A stretch of 64,000 nt of DNA, taken from positions 248,001 to 312,000 of the forward strand of contig NW_026250416.1 of assembly GCF_024521635.1 (NCBI RefSeq). Direction: 5' to 3'. This document shows, in pieces, positions 52,438 through 64,000 of this stretch (position 1 is its first letter; every line of letters starts with the position of its first letter). The stretch is from Tricharina praecox (lineage: Eukaryota). The notes below the pieces were generated by a model. The model was not told the origin of the DNA, ran no database searches, and saw only the letters and a program-made list of their open reading frames with translations. Made by a program: the position numbers and the translations under genes.

Positions 52438-55383
52438 GGTGGTCACTGGTGATGATGTACTTTACTGTTACAATACAGGAGTACATCGTAAGGACGATCC
52501 GGTACCGGTATTAATAGCGCAGCCGTGATCCTCGATTCCCCAAGGCTCACACTGATATCCAATGCCGTCGTCGTACCTGGGTTCTGTGCAGTGTGGTCCT
52601 ATCTCCGTCTCCTGGATTACTGGGTTACTGGGTATCTCATGGATATAGCACCTACCGGTATCCACATACTCTACACCCACGTATCTACCGGTGTTCAAGC
52701 TTTTCACAACCTCGTAGAACAAATAGTGCGCATCCCCAGTCCCAGTGCCGCCGATTCGCCGGGAATCATCCATCCTCCCATCGATCCTAGCCGAGTGGAA
52801 TACCGGTAGGTACTCCATATCTTTCATTGGGTGTCGATGGGATATTGAAGACACCACCCTCCACCCGAAGGCCCGAAGACGAAGCTTCGAAGCGTCGAAG
52901 CGATCTCATTCTCAGCCCTACCTACCAGCGCGCTGGTGCCTACATATAGTACTCTATGTAGAGTACTAGGTAGGAGGGTAGGTGGGCAGGTGGGCAGGTG
53001 GGCAGGTGGGCAGGTGCTGGAGCTCATCGAACCTTCACCGGGTTTACTATGCCACGCATCATACATGGGAAAGTACTGGAGTAGGTGCTTATGGAGGTGC
53101 TGAAGTAGGTACATACTGGAGTAGGTGCTTACTTGGCCAACCAACCACCGCGTCCACCACGTCGGCCCCATCCGGACCCATCCGGCTTCCGGCCCCATTT
53201 GAGCGCACTGCGCGGTCTATGGATGATGGATGATGGGGTCGGTTGAGCTTTGAGCTTTGATATAGGGCGGCGGGCATGAGATCGGGCTTCGTAGCGGAGT
53301 GGTATTTAGTACTATATACCATCTAACTCCTACTGTATATCAATTGTAGAAGTCCTACAATCGATATCCGCTCCAAGCAGCACTCCCCAAGCAGCACTCG
53401 CCGACCCAGCAGCCAGGATTAATCGACTGGAGTCCGGAATCTGGAGTCAGGCGTCCGCCATGACGGGCGGCGGGCCGTGGCACCTGCACCACTCTAAATA
53501 TACCGTCCCGACCAACTCCCGATCCTAAACCTTCATCCGCACACCCACAATGTACATACCGTATGCTCCTACAGTGCTATTTATCCCCGGTTCAAGGTTG
53601 ACCGTTGGATCGTCGGCGGGCCCGCTTCGAAGTTCGGAAGTTCGGAAGTTCAATTTCGCCATGCGGTAGTATCGGTACGGTACCGACTCGGATCGGACGG
53701 GACTGGATTGTATTGGACTGGACGGGACTGGAACGGACTGGATTGTGCCGAAATGGTATGAAATGATGGAATGGAATAAATGATGAATCTTCCTACTCCT
53801 CCTACTTCTGCAGCCTACTCCTTCTTCTGCTCCTTCTGCGGCCTGTTCCTCCTCCTTCTGCAGCCCACGAACCAATGGTAAATAATATTACTCTACTCTA
53901 CCCTCCTCGCCGTTACTGTAGGCTGCTGCTGCACATAGCCTCCAACGGTCCAACCGGTATTCTACCCCCCACCCTCCACTCCAGACTCCAGACTCGAGAC
54001 TCCATACTCCAGATTCCAGGCTCCAGACTCGAGACCCCAGAATATAGCTACCGTATGCGCACTGCGCACACGGGGATTGAGCAAGTGGCACAAATGATCG
54101 ATCTTCCTTCTCCTCCTCGCTCTGCTCGTTCTACAGCCTGCTCCTCTTGCAGCCTTCACACCAATCGTATCATATTATTACCCTCCACTCCGTTACCATA
54201 GGCTGCTGTAACCTCCAAAAACCAATACCGTTACTCTACCCCCCCCCCCCCCCCCCCCCCCACTCCAGAGTGGAAATTCCACAGTGGCTATGCGCACTGC
54301 GCACACGGCGATCGAGCAAGCAAGTTGCATGTGTCACCACAACACGGTGCACTTGGCTCTGCCTCCAGTGTCCACTTCCACCCCCATCTCCACCATACAC
54401 TGTGCACTGTGCTTTTTGTTTTGTTTAATCATCATTGCATTCGACCTTGGTATGCATAGATCATGGCAGATTATGTAGACCAAACATAAACCACAACTAC
54501 CACACAGTAAAGTAGAGCAAAGTAAAGCAAAGTAAGCAGCCGCCTGCCCGCGAACCATCGTACATACATCCTATGTGAACCCGTACAATACATGCCATAC
54601 CATACCATGATATATACCATGCTATATACCAGCAAGTATGCTACCCACCAGCCCAGCACCGACAAGTAAGATCCACGTCTCATCACTCGAGCCTCGGTCC
54701 TCTTGATTCTCGAAAGCCACTCGACTCGACTCAATTCCTCACCCTCATCCTCATACTCGTCCTCATCCTCATGTCAAAAAAAAGATACTTAAGCCCACAC
54801 CCCCCGTTACCCAACAACCCACCCGCCTACTCACTCATTACTACCTACCCTCCTAACACCTAACACCGACAGACACGAGAGACGCGAGACGAGAAGAGAA
54901 GAAGAAACTTTTTGCCCATTCCATTCCTTTCGTTCCCTGTTCCTGGTGCCCTGCGTCCAAAAATTACGCAAAGAAACTACAACTCGACTCGACTCGACTC
55001 GGAGGAACTAGGTGGGTATGTAGAACGTGGTCCACCCTTGTACAGACAGACAGACAGACAGATTGAAGACAGGAGAGATAAGAAGAAGAAGAAGAAGAAG
55101 AAGAAGGAGACAAGGTAAGAGGTAAGGAGAGGTAAGAGGACAAGAAAGCAAAGCAAAGCAAAATCTCATCAGCCGTGCCATCCATGAACGACCACCACCC
55201 ACCACCCAATACCTAACGAACAACCAACCAAACAACCAACCAACCAAACAACTAACAAACTAACAAACGCTACCTAAAATCCTTGTTGTACAGTACAGAT
55301 CGATGCGAGATATACAGTGTGCGAGTGTGCGAGTGTGCGATTGAGTGATGAAGTGGGCGAGAGTAGTGACAAGCGGTATCTGT

Positions 55384-56947
55384 CTACTCAGTTCCGCTCT
55401 TTCTCCTCTTGCGGGGCTTCCTCTTGGGGGTGTCCAGCTCGGTCTCAGCCTCCTTGACCTTCTTCGCCCTCGGCTTGCGCGCCTTCTTCTCACTAGTGGG
55501 GGTCTCGGCGACGACAGCAGCAGCAGCCGCCTTCTCCAGTTTTGCTCTCGGCTTGCGGCCTCGAGGCGTCTTAGGCTTCTCGGCGGGCGGGGGAGTCAGC
55601 GATGAATCCGAAGACACCACCTGGTCCTTGGGAGCATCGTCTTCCTGCTCAGCGGGCTCCTCGGGCTCGGCTTCGGGCTCGGCTTCGGGCTCGGCTTCGG
55701 GCTCGGCTTCGGTCTCCGGCTCCGCCTCGCGCTCCGGCTCATCCTCATCGTCGGAATCAGCATCGGCAGCAGCAGCCTTCTTGGAGTGGTTCACGGCCGT
55801 AAAGCCACCGGCAGCCACGGCCGCAGCGGGGGCAGCGACCGGAGTGGAGGCAGCGACCGCAACGACCGGAGTGGCAGCGACCGGCGCAACAGCATCCTCG
55901 GCCTCGTCCTCATCTTCATCATCGTCGTGGTCGTGCTCTTCAGCTTGCGAGGCCAGCTGCTGGGCAGCTTCCTTGCCATGCTGGTAGACTTCGATGGTCT
56001 TCTTCCACTCGGCGAGCTTGGTTTGGTAGAGCTCTGACCACGCCTGTGCCCCATGTTAGTCACGAACATGCCTCCAGCGCACACCACTCGCGGCGCAACA
56101 TACCTTCTTCTCCTCGATCGCCAGCTCCTCCCAGCGTCTTTTCAGCTCGGCCTGGATATCCCTAAACTCGACGCCCTCGCCCATGTCGCTCTTGACGGTC
56201 GCCCTGCCCTCTGAGCAGAACAGAAAGAACGGGGTGGCGGGTTTCTTGGGGGCATTTGGGTCCTTGGGCTTGACGGGCCTCTTGCGCTTCCTCTTGAGGC
56301 CCTCGTACTCTGGTTCTTCAGTCATAGCCCGGCCGGGAGGAAGAGACATTCCGCGCGAGTAATGCATACCCATGCTCTCGCCGTTCATGCCGATGCCGAT
56401 CGGGACGCCGTGCGCGACCAGATCGAAGTAGGCAAGCCCTGCGCGCGACGCTTCGTTCGCTGCGTTCTGCAGCATCGCCATCGACGTAACGAACTAGGGA
56501 AGGACGGCGCATTAGCATCTTGTCATGTTGTGTTGTGCATGTATGTATGCGGTGTGGGTGTAGGCGTGGTGGTGGGTCAGTTGTGTGACGGAGGGTGGGG
56601 GTAGGCATGTTTGTTTCGTGGGGCATGTAGTGCAGCAGTGGGAAACGGGAAACATGGGATGGTAATCCTCATTGAAAGTGGCCATCAGGGGTGGTCGTTG
56701 GGTTGTGTTCGGGCGGTTGCGCGACGCGTCCAGAGACGCACAGTGCAGAAACCAACATTGAGTATCGAAGGGAAAAACGGAAAAGTAAAAAAAGAGGAAA
56801 AGAGGAAAGGAATGAGGAATGAATGGGGAATAAACGAGGACATGAAAAGAAGAGTGCGGCACTTACAGCATCACGTTTGCGCATCAAATCCTCATGGTCG
56901 ACTGGAGGAGCCGACATGACGATATCTTTGGCTCTTCGGGGAGCCAT
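55384..56947 (-). CDS. HMG-box chromatin protein (Hmo1-like) with acidic tract and Lys-rich tail, 376 aa
   Basis: Exons 56947-56867, 56493-56104, 56043-55384. HMG box KDPNAPKKPATPFFLF...RRWEEL..EEKKAWSELY...W; (EPEA)n repeat; basic C-terminus. Confidence 0.85.
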
Positions 56948-58522
56948 GGCTGCTTTTTTGTTGCAGGAGAGGGTGTGTTTGGATTTGTGTGCAAGTCTTT
57001 TGGACTCGGATGGGGGGGAGGTGGCGGTTTATGAGTGATTTAAGTGTTATCCGGGGGACAAGTGGTGAGTGGAGGCGGAAAAATGGGTGGGGGATGGGTG
57101 TCGGTTTTGGTTGTTGGGGTGGGAAGAAGACTTGAAAAGAAGAGAAGAAAAGAAGAAAGATGAGGTTGGGTTGGGGTTGGGGGGTGGGAGTGGGTTGATC
57201 TGATTGACTTTTTGGCACCACCCCGTCATGCGAAAACATGTGTCGAGCATTTCATCATTAGCGGCTGGGGTTGGGGGTGGACGGAGGGGGACGAGGTGGG
57301 AGAGGTGGGAGAGGTGGGCGAGTGTCAGTCGAGGTGAGTTGGTTCTGGCTTTGTGACGCAGCAATAATATCAAGAGTAATACAAACACATGCACCACACG
57401 CACACGGACTCATACCAGCGCCCAATGTGCACCCGGCAGCGAGAGTCATCTGGGGAGTGTGTAGGTGATTATTACTGGAAACACCGAGACGGAGCAAATA
57501 TAACAACTGAGGGGCGGGGGGGTGGGGAGTTGGGGCTGGGGCAGGGAGGGAGAGAAGGAGGGACAGAGAGAGAGGCAGGCAGGCAGGGCGAGTCCATCCA
57601 TTCGGGGGACATACATGCACCACCGGCCAACGGTCACGCAAAACTCACTGATCTTCATGAGGAGGCGAGTCGAAGCAGACGATTCCGCAGCATGTAGCGC
57701 AAGCACCGTTCTCTGTTTCGCCCGATCCAACGAATCCCGGACTAAACGGGGGAGGCTGAAGAATGAAGATGATGATAGACGGCACAGCATGGTGATCAAC
57801 GGCAACAACCAACCCACTCTCGCACCCTCGCCCACCCCACACACCACACCCACCCACTGCAACCACATCCACAACCACGGCCACTGCCACCCGTCTTCAT
57901 TCCGTCTCGTTCTCCTGACGTTTCGCATCCAGCCCAAAATGCCGAAACTAACCCAACAGAATCCCGGGGCATACGTGCCCGTTCATTCTCAGCCCTTATC
58001 ATCGCAGCCAGCACCCATAACATGACACTGCGATTGTCTGACTGGATGCCAGATGTGCGGGAGAAGTGGGTCGATACTGGTGATTGCTGCGGATAAATAA
58101 AGCGAAAGTCACTAGAGCAGACGGAAACCGAATAAAACCAACCGCATGTTTCGGCGATGGCAATATGGTGCGGCAGAATGTGAAGCAGCAGGTAGAGTAG
58201 CTGCTGCTTGCTCGCAGCCGAGGCATGCACTGATTGCGAGTGGTAGGAGACACACCCTTCCATCCAGACGATGCATGTACACTACTTTTTTTATGACTGG
58301 TGTGATGGATGGATGGATGAATGGATGAATGGATGATGATGATTGATGATGGTGGTAGGTGGGTCAGTGAGTGAGTGAGTGGTGGTATGGGGCAGTCAGA
58401 GACATGGCGGGGTAGCTGTGCTTCTGTGAGTGATCGATCGCTCTGTACGCACTTCCAACACCACTGCCATCACCGTCCGAACCGTTGGAACGTCAACGTG
58501 CCAATTATCGATGAGATCGAAG

Positions 58523-60145
58523 ATGGAGGACACACAACCCCCACCGCAGCTGCCGACGACGGGCACAGGCGACTATGCCGCTCTCGCTTGTGGCGCCGCC
58601 GCCGACCGGGGAGCTGCCTTCAATGCTTCAGCCGCACTCGATGGATGTCTCGCTATCTTGGAAGACGATTCGCGACCTCTCGAAGATCGATACGACGAGG
58701 TTGATACCGTCATCATCTCGACGCAGAGGCAGCCGCGCTAACTACTGCGCGTGCAGATTCGCTCGACCATCCTTCCCTTCGAGCACTACGACACCGTGAG
58801 CCCCTCCGAACTGCGTCAATTGCAACCCCGCCTCCTGCAGCTCCTACGGCCACACCCGCAGCTACTGCCACAACAGCTCGGATTCGACGAGCATGAAGAC
58901 CCCTCCACATCCCCTGCCATCCCGCTGTACCAGTCGCTCTCCCGCAAGCTCCTCGTAGTCCTGACCGCCCTGCACCCTGCGCCATCCACCGAGCTCGCCG
59001 CCGTCCTCGCCTCATTCACCTCCACCGCCGACGCATGGACCACCCCGGACACGTGCCAGCTCGCCACAGCGCTGATGGACTCCACCCCCGCGCTCCGCTC
59101 CCGGAGCATCCTGATCGACGGGCTCCTCCGCGACACGCTAAAGCCGCTGTTCACGACACGCACGACCTCCTCGGCGCGGGTCACCGCCGCAGGGCGCCTC
59201 GCCATCCGCGAGACGACCAACACGCGGATCAACACAGACACCCCCGCATGGCAATCCCAGCGCCCCTCGAGCATCGCGATCCTGTCGTGGGTCCTCACTT
59301 CCATCCTGGCCACGGAGATCGAGTCGGCATGGGGCCTTCTGATCCCACCGATCCTAACCCTTCTCGACTCCACCGTCTCCTCAACCAAGACGCGCGCAAT
59401 CTCCATGATCACGCTGCTCCTGGTCCGCCTGGATGAAACCGCCAGCACCCGCACCCTCCTATCGCGCACCGGCCTGGCCCCCGTATTCTGGGCCAGCGTG
59501 TTACCCGTGCTATCCTACCTCCCGCCCCTCACGCCCACGCGCGAGGCCGTCCCGCTGCAGCGCGCAGCCTACAGATGTCTCTGCGCGCTCGCCCTCGCCC
59601 GCGAGCCAACGGACGCGCGCAGGCGCGCCAAGCTGCTCGACGACGTGGTGAGAGAGGGGTTCCTCCGCGGCTTGGCGTTCGCGGACGAGCATGTCCGCGT
59701 TGTCGTGGTTATGGTGCAGGAACTGGCACAGGTGGTAACCGCAATGGGGGTCTGGGCGGTCAGGCATCTTGGCACTGTCGTGCCAGCGCTGGCGGAGCTG
59801 CTCGCGAGCCCGTTTGGTGGTGCGCACACGCCGCTACTGGTCGCTGCTGCGAGGACGCTGGGCTGTGTAGTGAAAGTGGGCTGGCCCAGGATGGGACGGT
59901 ATGTGGCTGAGGCGTTAAGGGGGGTCGCGGTTTGTTGGGTGAGATTGGGGGATGGGGCGCTGGATGTGAAGACTGAGTTGAGGGACGGGATGCAGGAAGT
60001 TAGGAATGAGTTGAGGGCGGTGGTAAAGGCGCTGAAGTGCGTGGTTGAGTCTGAGGAGGGGGGGAGGGAGAGGTGGGAAGCACTGCAGGAGGGGGTAGTG
60101 GAGGTGGATAGGACGGCGTTTGTGGGGTTGTTTGTGGAGTCGTGA
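58523..60145 (+). CDS. TTI2: Tti2 (TTT/ASTRA complex subunit, DUF2454-like), 521 aa
   Basis: Exons 58523-58699 and 58757-60145. Motifs LASFT...DAWT, LKPLF, W.LLIPPILTLLD, LL.RTGL..VF...P.LSYLP.LTP, LGT.VP, GWPRM..Y..E.L.G. Confidence 0.8.
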
Positions 60146-60485
60146 TAGAGGGCTTCTACGATAAGTTCGTGGGTGGGAGTGGGTGGAGGGGTCTCTGATA
60201 TTGAAGCTATGGGAATCATGATATATCATACGAGTGCCAGGCTGAGCATCCAACCATAAAGTTATCCATTACCAGTCCGAAATGCAGAGTACAAGTATCA
60301 AGTATCGATAGGTAGGCCGCAACAGAGTAAAGAAAAAAACACCAAATCAACGCCCTCGCAAATGCCCACTGTCTCATCCCAACGCTGTATGTTGTATGTT
60401 GTATGCATCAAATCAAATCCGAAAAGCCATCCCGTCAAAACGCCCCTTCACCCTGTCCCATCGTTGCCCATCCATGCCCATCAAA

Positions 60486-61388
60486 TCAGATATCCATCTC
60501 CTCCAGATCCACCCAACAATCCGCGTGCCTATCCCACCCCAGCATCTTCTCCGGAATCCCCAGCGTCTTCAGCATCAACCCCATCCCCCACTCCTCAGTA
60601 TCGTTCCTTTTAGCCTCGTCAGCAGCCTTCTCATCCTCTCCGCCAATACCCTCATCCCCATCCCCCTCCTCCTCTTCCCCCCCTCCCCCGCCACCCCTCT
60701 TATCCTCATCCCACCCCCAGCCTTTAAACCCGCCCCCTCCATACCCCCCTCCACCCCCGCCCCCTCCCCCTCCCCCCACCAACCCCCGCCACGCTTCCCC
60801 CCCCGGCCCACCAAGCGCATGCACCTTATCCGCAGCAATCGCGAACAGCGCCTCGGCGGCTGCGCGGGCGATGACACGCCATTTGCGGATCGAGGCGGTG
60901 AGGGCTGCGTCCCCTGCTGGGTTCGCCTCGAGGGACAGGGCTTGGGAAACGGTTTCTTGGACTTGCTTGGTGCTGCGGATGCGGGTGAGAAGGCCGGTAT
61001 GTTCTTTTTGGGCGGCTGAGAGGGGGTCGCTGGAAGGGTTGGAGCGGAGGGTGTTGGGGGTGTTGGGGCGGGGGGTGGGGAAGAGGGGGCGGCGGGGCGT
61101 GCGGGGTGTAAGGAGGGGGGAGGCGGTGGATGTGGGCGCTGTGAAGGAGGTTTTTTTGGTTGGGGGGCCGGGGGTGGCGGGGGGCTTGGAGGGGGTGGAG
61201 GCGGGTTTGGAAGTGGGTGTTGAAGGTGGGAGAGTAAATTGCGGCGAAGCGGGTGCGGGTGCGCCCTCCGGGCGACGGCTCAGCAGCGGCGAGCGGAATG
61301 GTTTCTTCAGTGTTGAGCTGGCGGAGAGGCGGCGGCGCTTTTGCGGCGGTGCGGGGGTGCTGGGTGGTGGTGGTTGGTGGTCGGACAT
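60486..61388 (-). CDS. SFR1: Sfr1/Mei5 family recombination mediator (Swi5/Sae3 partner), 300 aa
   Basis: KRRRL...TLKKPFRSPL N-terminus; IRKWRVIARAAAEALF; C-terminal MGLMLKTLGIPEKMLGWD. Confidence 0.82.
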   Translation of the reverse strand: MSDHQPPPPSTPAPPQKRRRLSASSTLKKPFRSPLLSRRPEGAPAPASPQFTLPPSTPTSKPASTPSKPPATPGPPTKKTSFTAPTSTASPLLTPRTPRRPLFPTPRPNTPNTLRSNPSSDPLSAAQKEHTGLLTRIRSTKQVQETVSQALSLEANPAGDAALTASIRKWRVIARAAAEALFAIAADKVHALGGPGGEAWRGLVGGGGGGGGGGGYGGGGFKGWGWDEDKRGGGGGGEEEEGDGDEGIGGEDEKAADEAKRNDTEEWGMGLMLKTLGIPEKMLGWDRHADCWVDLEEMDI

Positions 61389-61599
61389 CGTTGGTGTCTT
61401 TTCGGTGGTGGTGGTGGTGGTGGTGGTGGTGGTGGTGGTGGTGATTGGTGTTGGTGTTGTGGTTCAGTAGTAGGAGGGGTGTGTAGGCGGATGGAATGAC
61501 GCAGCAGCAGCACGCCCTCGTCTCGCGTCAATCACATGACCGCGCACCCTACCTCCCCCACGACAACCCTCCACCCCACCTCCACCACGCAACTCCCCC

Positions 61600-61998
61600 A
61601 TGCCGCTTTCACTCCCGCCCGAACTGCTCCTGCAAATCCTGCTGCACCTCTCTCCCGTATCACGACACACGGCCACGCCGCGTCGCTACCTCCCCTGGAC
61701 CTCTGCGCACCAGCATCCGTTCCTGGCGCTGTCGCTCGTGAGCCACGCGCTCCACGACGCTGTCGAGGGGCATTGTCGGCATCTCCTCCGCCTATACACT
61801 CCTGGGACAACGGCAGCGGAGGAGGAGGAGGAGGAGGAGGGGAATGCCAGGAGGCGGTATATTGAATACGCCAGTGAGCATTGCTACTTCTGTGCGGCGC
61901 CCACGAGGAGGGGGCATGTTTGCTCTTCCCCCTGTTGGTTTTGCGATCGCGAGACGTGTTTGAAGGTTACGTGCTGTAGGGGGTGCGATACGTGGTAG
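61600..61998 (+). CDS. Small F-box protein with Cys-rich (putative Zn-binding) C-terminus, 132 aa
   Basis: MPLSLPPELLLQILLHL...LALSLVSHALH F-box-like start; CxxC pairs (CYFC, CWFC, CRGCD). Confidence 0.6.
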   Translation: MPLSLPPELLLQILLHLSPVSRHTATPRRYLPWTSAHQHPFLALSLVSHALHDAVEGHCRHLLRLYTPGTTAAEEEEEEEGNARRRYIEYASEHCYFCAAPTRRGHVCSSPCWFCDRETCLKVTCCRGCDTW

Positions 61999-62476
61999 TG
62001 GGAAGGGCATTGCGGGGGATTGGGTGCGGATTGCTTGGGAGGCCAGATATGGACCGTGGTGGATGTGTACTCGATATAGGTATGCGCGTGTATGTAAGAG
62101 TGCCCGGTCGGCCCGGGAAACTGCGACAATGCGGACCGGCGGGTCAATGGCACCAGCCACAGTCGTGACCTCGAATATGATCTCTTCTTTCTCCCGAGTC
62201 CCGAGTCTCGAGCATGATGTTAATCCTCCGATCGCTCAGCGGTTCGGTTACTCATCGCTCCGTCTCGACCGGGGCCAGGGTGTGCACTCTACTTTGTAAT
62301 ATCGCGATATGTAAACATTCCACCATACATCCGAAGCCGAAGCCTCACCGGAGATGCTTGGCGTCCTTACGTCATAGAAACCAAATCTTAACTCCGCCTG
62401 CCGCCAGTTTATTTTTGACCTTATCCCTCCGCTCCGCGCCCTCAATCGTACACAGACCAGATCCCACACGACCGCC

Positions 62477-63598
62477 ATGTTCGCCCGCACCGCATTCTCC
62501 ACCGTTCGCTCTATCGCCCGTGCGGCGCCGCTCAAGCAGGTAAGTTTTACCCCGCGTTTGGCGGGGGAGGTTGAGGAAGGGCACTGACGTTTCTGGACGC
62601 AGGGCATGCGCAGCTACTCCGCTCCCGCCGCCGGCGAAGAGAAGAAGTCGCACGCGCTTTTGTACTCGTTGGTGCTTGCAGGTGGCGCGGGTATCGGCTA
62701 CTACTTCTACGCGGCGGGCAGCCTGCCCTCCGCCGCAAAGCCTTTGCCGCCGGCGATCCCGGCGCTCACTGGCGACGGCGCGTGGGTCGACCTGAAGCTC
62801 GCGAAAATCGAGCAGGTTACGCATAACACTAAGAAGCTGCGCTTCGAGCTGCCCAGCGAAGACCACGTCTCCGGCCTCAAGGTCGCGTCGTGCCTGCTCA
62901 CCAAGTACAAGGGCCCCAACGACCAGAAGCCGACGATCCGGCCGTACACGCCTGTCTCCGACGAGGGGGAGCGGGGGTACCTCGATCTCATCGTCAAGAA
63001 GTACGAGGGCGGCCCGATGTCCAGCCACATGCACGACATGAACGTCGACCAGATGCTATCGTTCAAGGGCCCGCTGGTGAAGTACGAGTGGACGCCGAAC
63101 AAGCACGAGCACGTCGCGATGATCGCCGGTGGAACGGGGATCACCCCCATGTACCAGATCATGCGCGCGATCTTTAGTAACCCTGAGGATAAGACTAAGG
63201 TTACACTCGTGTTTGGAAACGTCTCCGAGCCCGATATTCTCCTGAAGAAGGAGATGGCTGAGCTAGAGAATACTTACCCCCAGCGCTTCAGGGCGTTCTA
63301 TGTCCTTGATAAGGCCCCGAAGGATGCTGGCTGGGCGACGGAGGGCTATGTCACTAAGGAACTGCTGAAGACGGTCCTGCCAGAGCCTAAGTCGGGGAAT
63401 ATCAAGGTCTTCGTCTGCGGACCGCCAGGTACTTATCCCCTAACCGTACAAACTTATCATACTGGCCACGATAACTGACAGCTCGCAGGCATGTACAAGG
63501 CGATCTCGGGCAACAAGAAGTCGCCGTCGGACCAGGGCGAGATTGCGGGATACCTGAAGGATCTGGGTTACACCAAGGAGGATGTCTTTAAGTTTTAG
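62477..63598 (+). CDS. MCR1: Mitochondrial NADH-cytochrome b5 reductase, 332 aa
   Basis: Exons 62477-62539, 62603-63428, 63489-63598. Presequence plus TM anchor; [25 protein letters not shown] motifs; ends [11 protein letters not shown]. Confidence 0.95.
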
Positions 63599-63754
63599 AG
63601 CGTTATACCTAGTGTCTGGCGGCTAGATGGCGAGATGGCGAGATGGCTATGTAGATGGCGAGATACCCGAGCGTACTTACATACATACTTGCCTGTGGGA
63701 ATTTCACTTGGATACTACCGTATAAATGTCGTTGCTGTGCGATTGGCGAGGCAT

Positions 63755-63831
63755 GATTGTGGTTCGGTGCGATTGTGGTTCGGTGCGATTGTGGTTCGGT
63801 GCGATTGTGGTTCGGTGCGATTGTGGTTCGG
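63755..63831. repeat. 16-bp minisatellite x4.8 downstream of MCR1
   Basis: GATTGTGGTTCGGTGC units at 63755, 63771, 63787, 63803 and 63819. Confidence 0.95.
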
Positions 63832-64000
63832 CACGACTGTAGGCTAGAGGGAGGGATATATGATGTGCTCGTCTGGTTACTGGATTGTTCCCGTGCAATG
63901 ATGGTGTCGTTTGTGGCTATTTGATCATGCTCGTACTGGGCCAAAAAATGTGGGGTGTATGCTTTGTTTGATTGTTTGATCAAATGAAGGCGAGAAAGAG

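Noticed and set aside
53074..53131. 18-bp direct repeat TACTGGAGTAGGTGCTTA x2
   Set aside because: Only two copies in slippage-prone DNA; no further support.
61532..61810. Minus-strand ORF ending CAVM (a-factor-like CAAX pheromone)
   Set aside because: No nearby ATG in frame, and it lies antisense to the F-box CDS.
63755..63831. CRISPR-like repeat array
   Set aside because: Head-to-tail units without spacers in a eukaryote; a minisatellite.

Overview
Eukaryotic (filamentous ascomycete, probably Pezizomycetes - an inference from gene content and intron style) genomic DNA with short GT-AG introns and microsatellite-rich intergenic regions. Reconstructed genes: NoxD/PRO41/HAM-6, DSK2 ubiquilin, an arrestin-like PPxY protein, a 4-exon F-box protein, a DUF2205/SCOC-like coiled-coil protein, a Munc13-homology/C2 protein (Ync13/YOR296W-like), RNase T2, a UPF0658 membrane protein, an HMG-box protein, Tti2, Sfr1/Mei5, a small Cys-rich F-box protein and MCR1. 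Between about 15.9 and 26.6 kb lies a decaying accessory island that the ORF track mostly misses. It holds a Ty1/copia relic with two tandem LTR+PBS units (Ty5-type half-tRNAiMet primer site) and a broken gag with a CCHC knuckle, a 3' LINE fragment, and a spliced pseudogene whose stops are all explicable as C>T changes. The most speculative lead is that both F-box genes stop at TAG codons followed by coding-like extensions with further TAGs, which would fit sexual-stage A-to-I stop-loss editing. No tRNA, rRNA or CRISPR array was recognised. Family assignments come from recognised motifs, not database searches.
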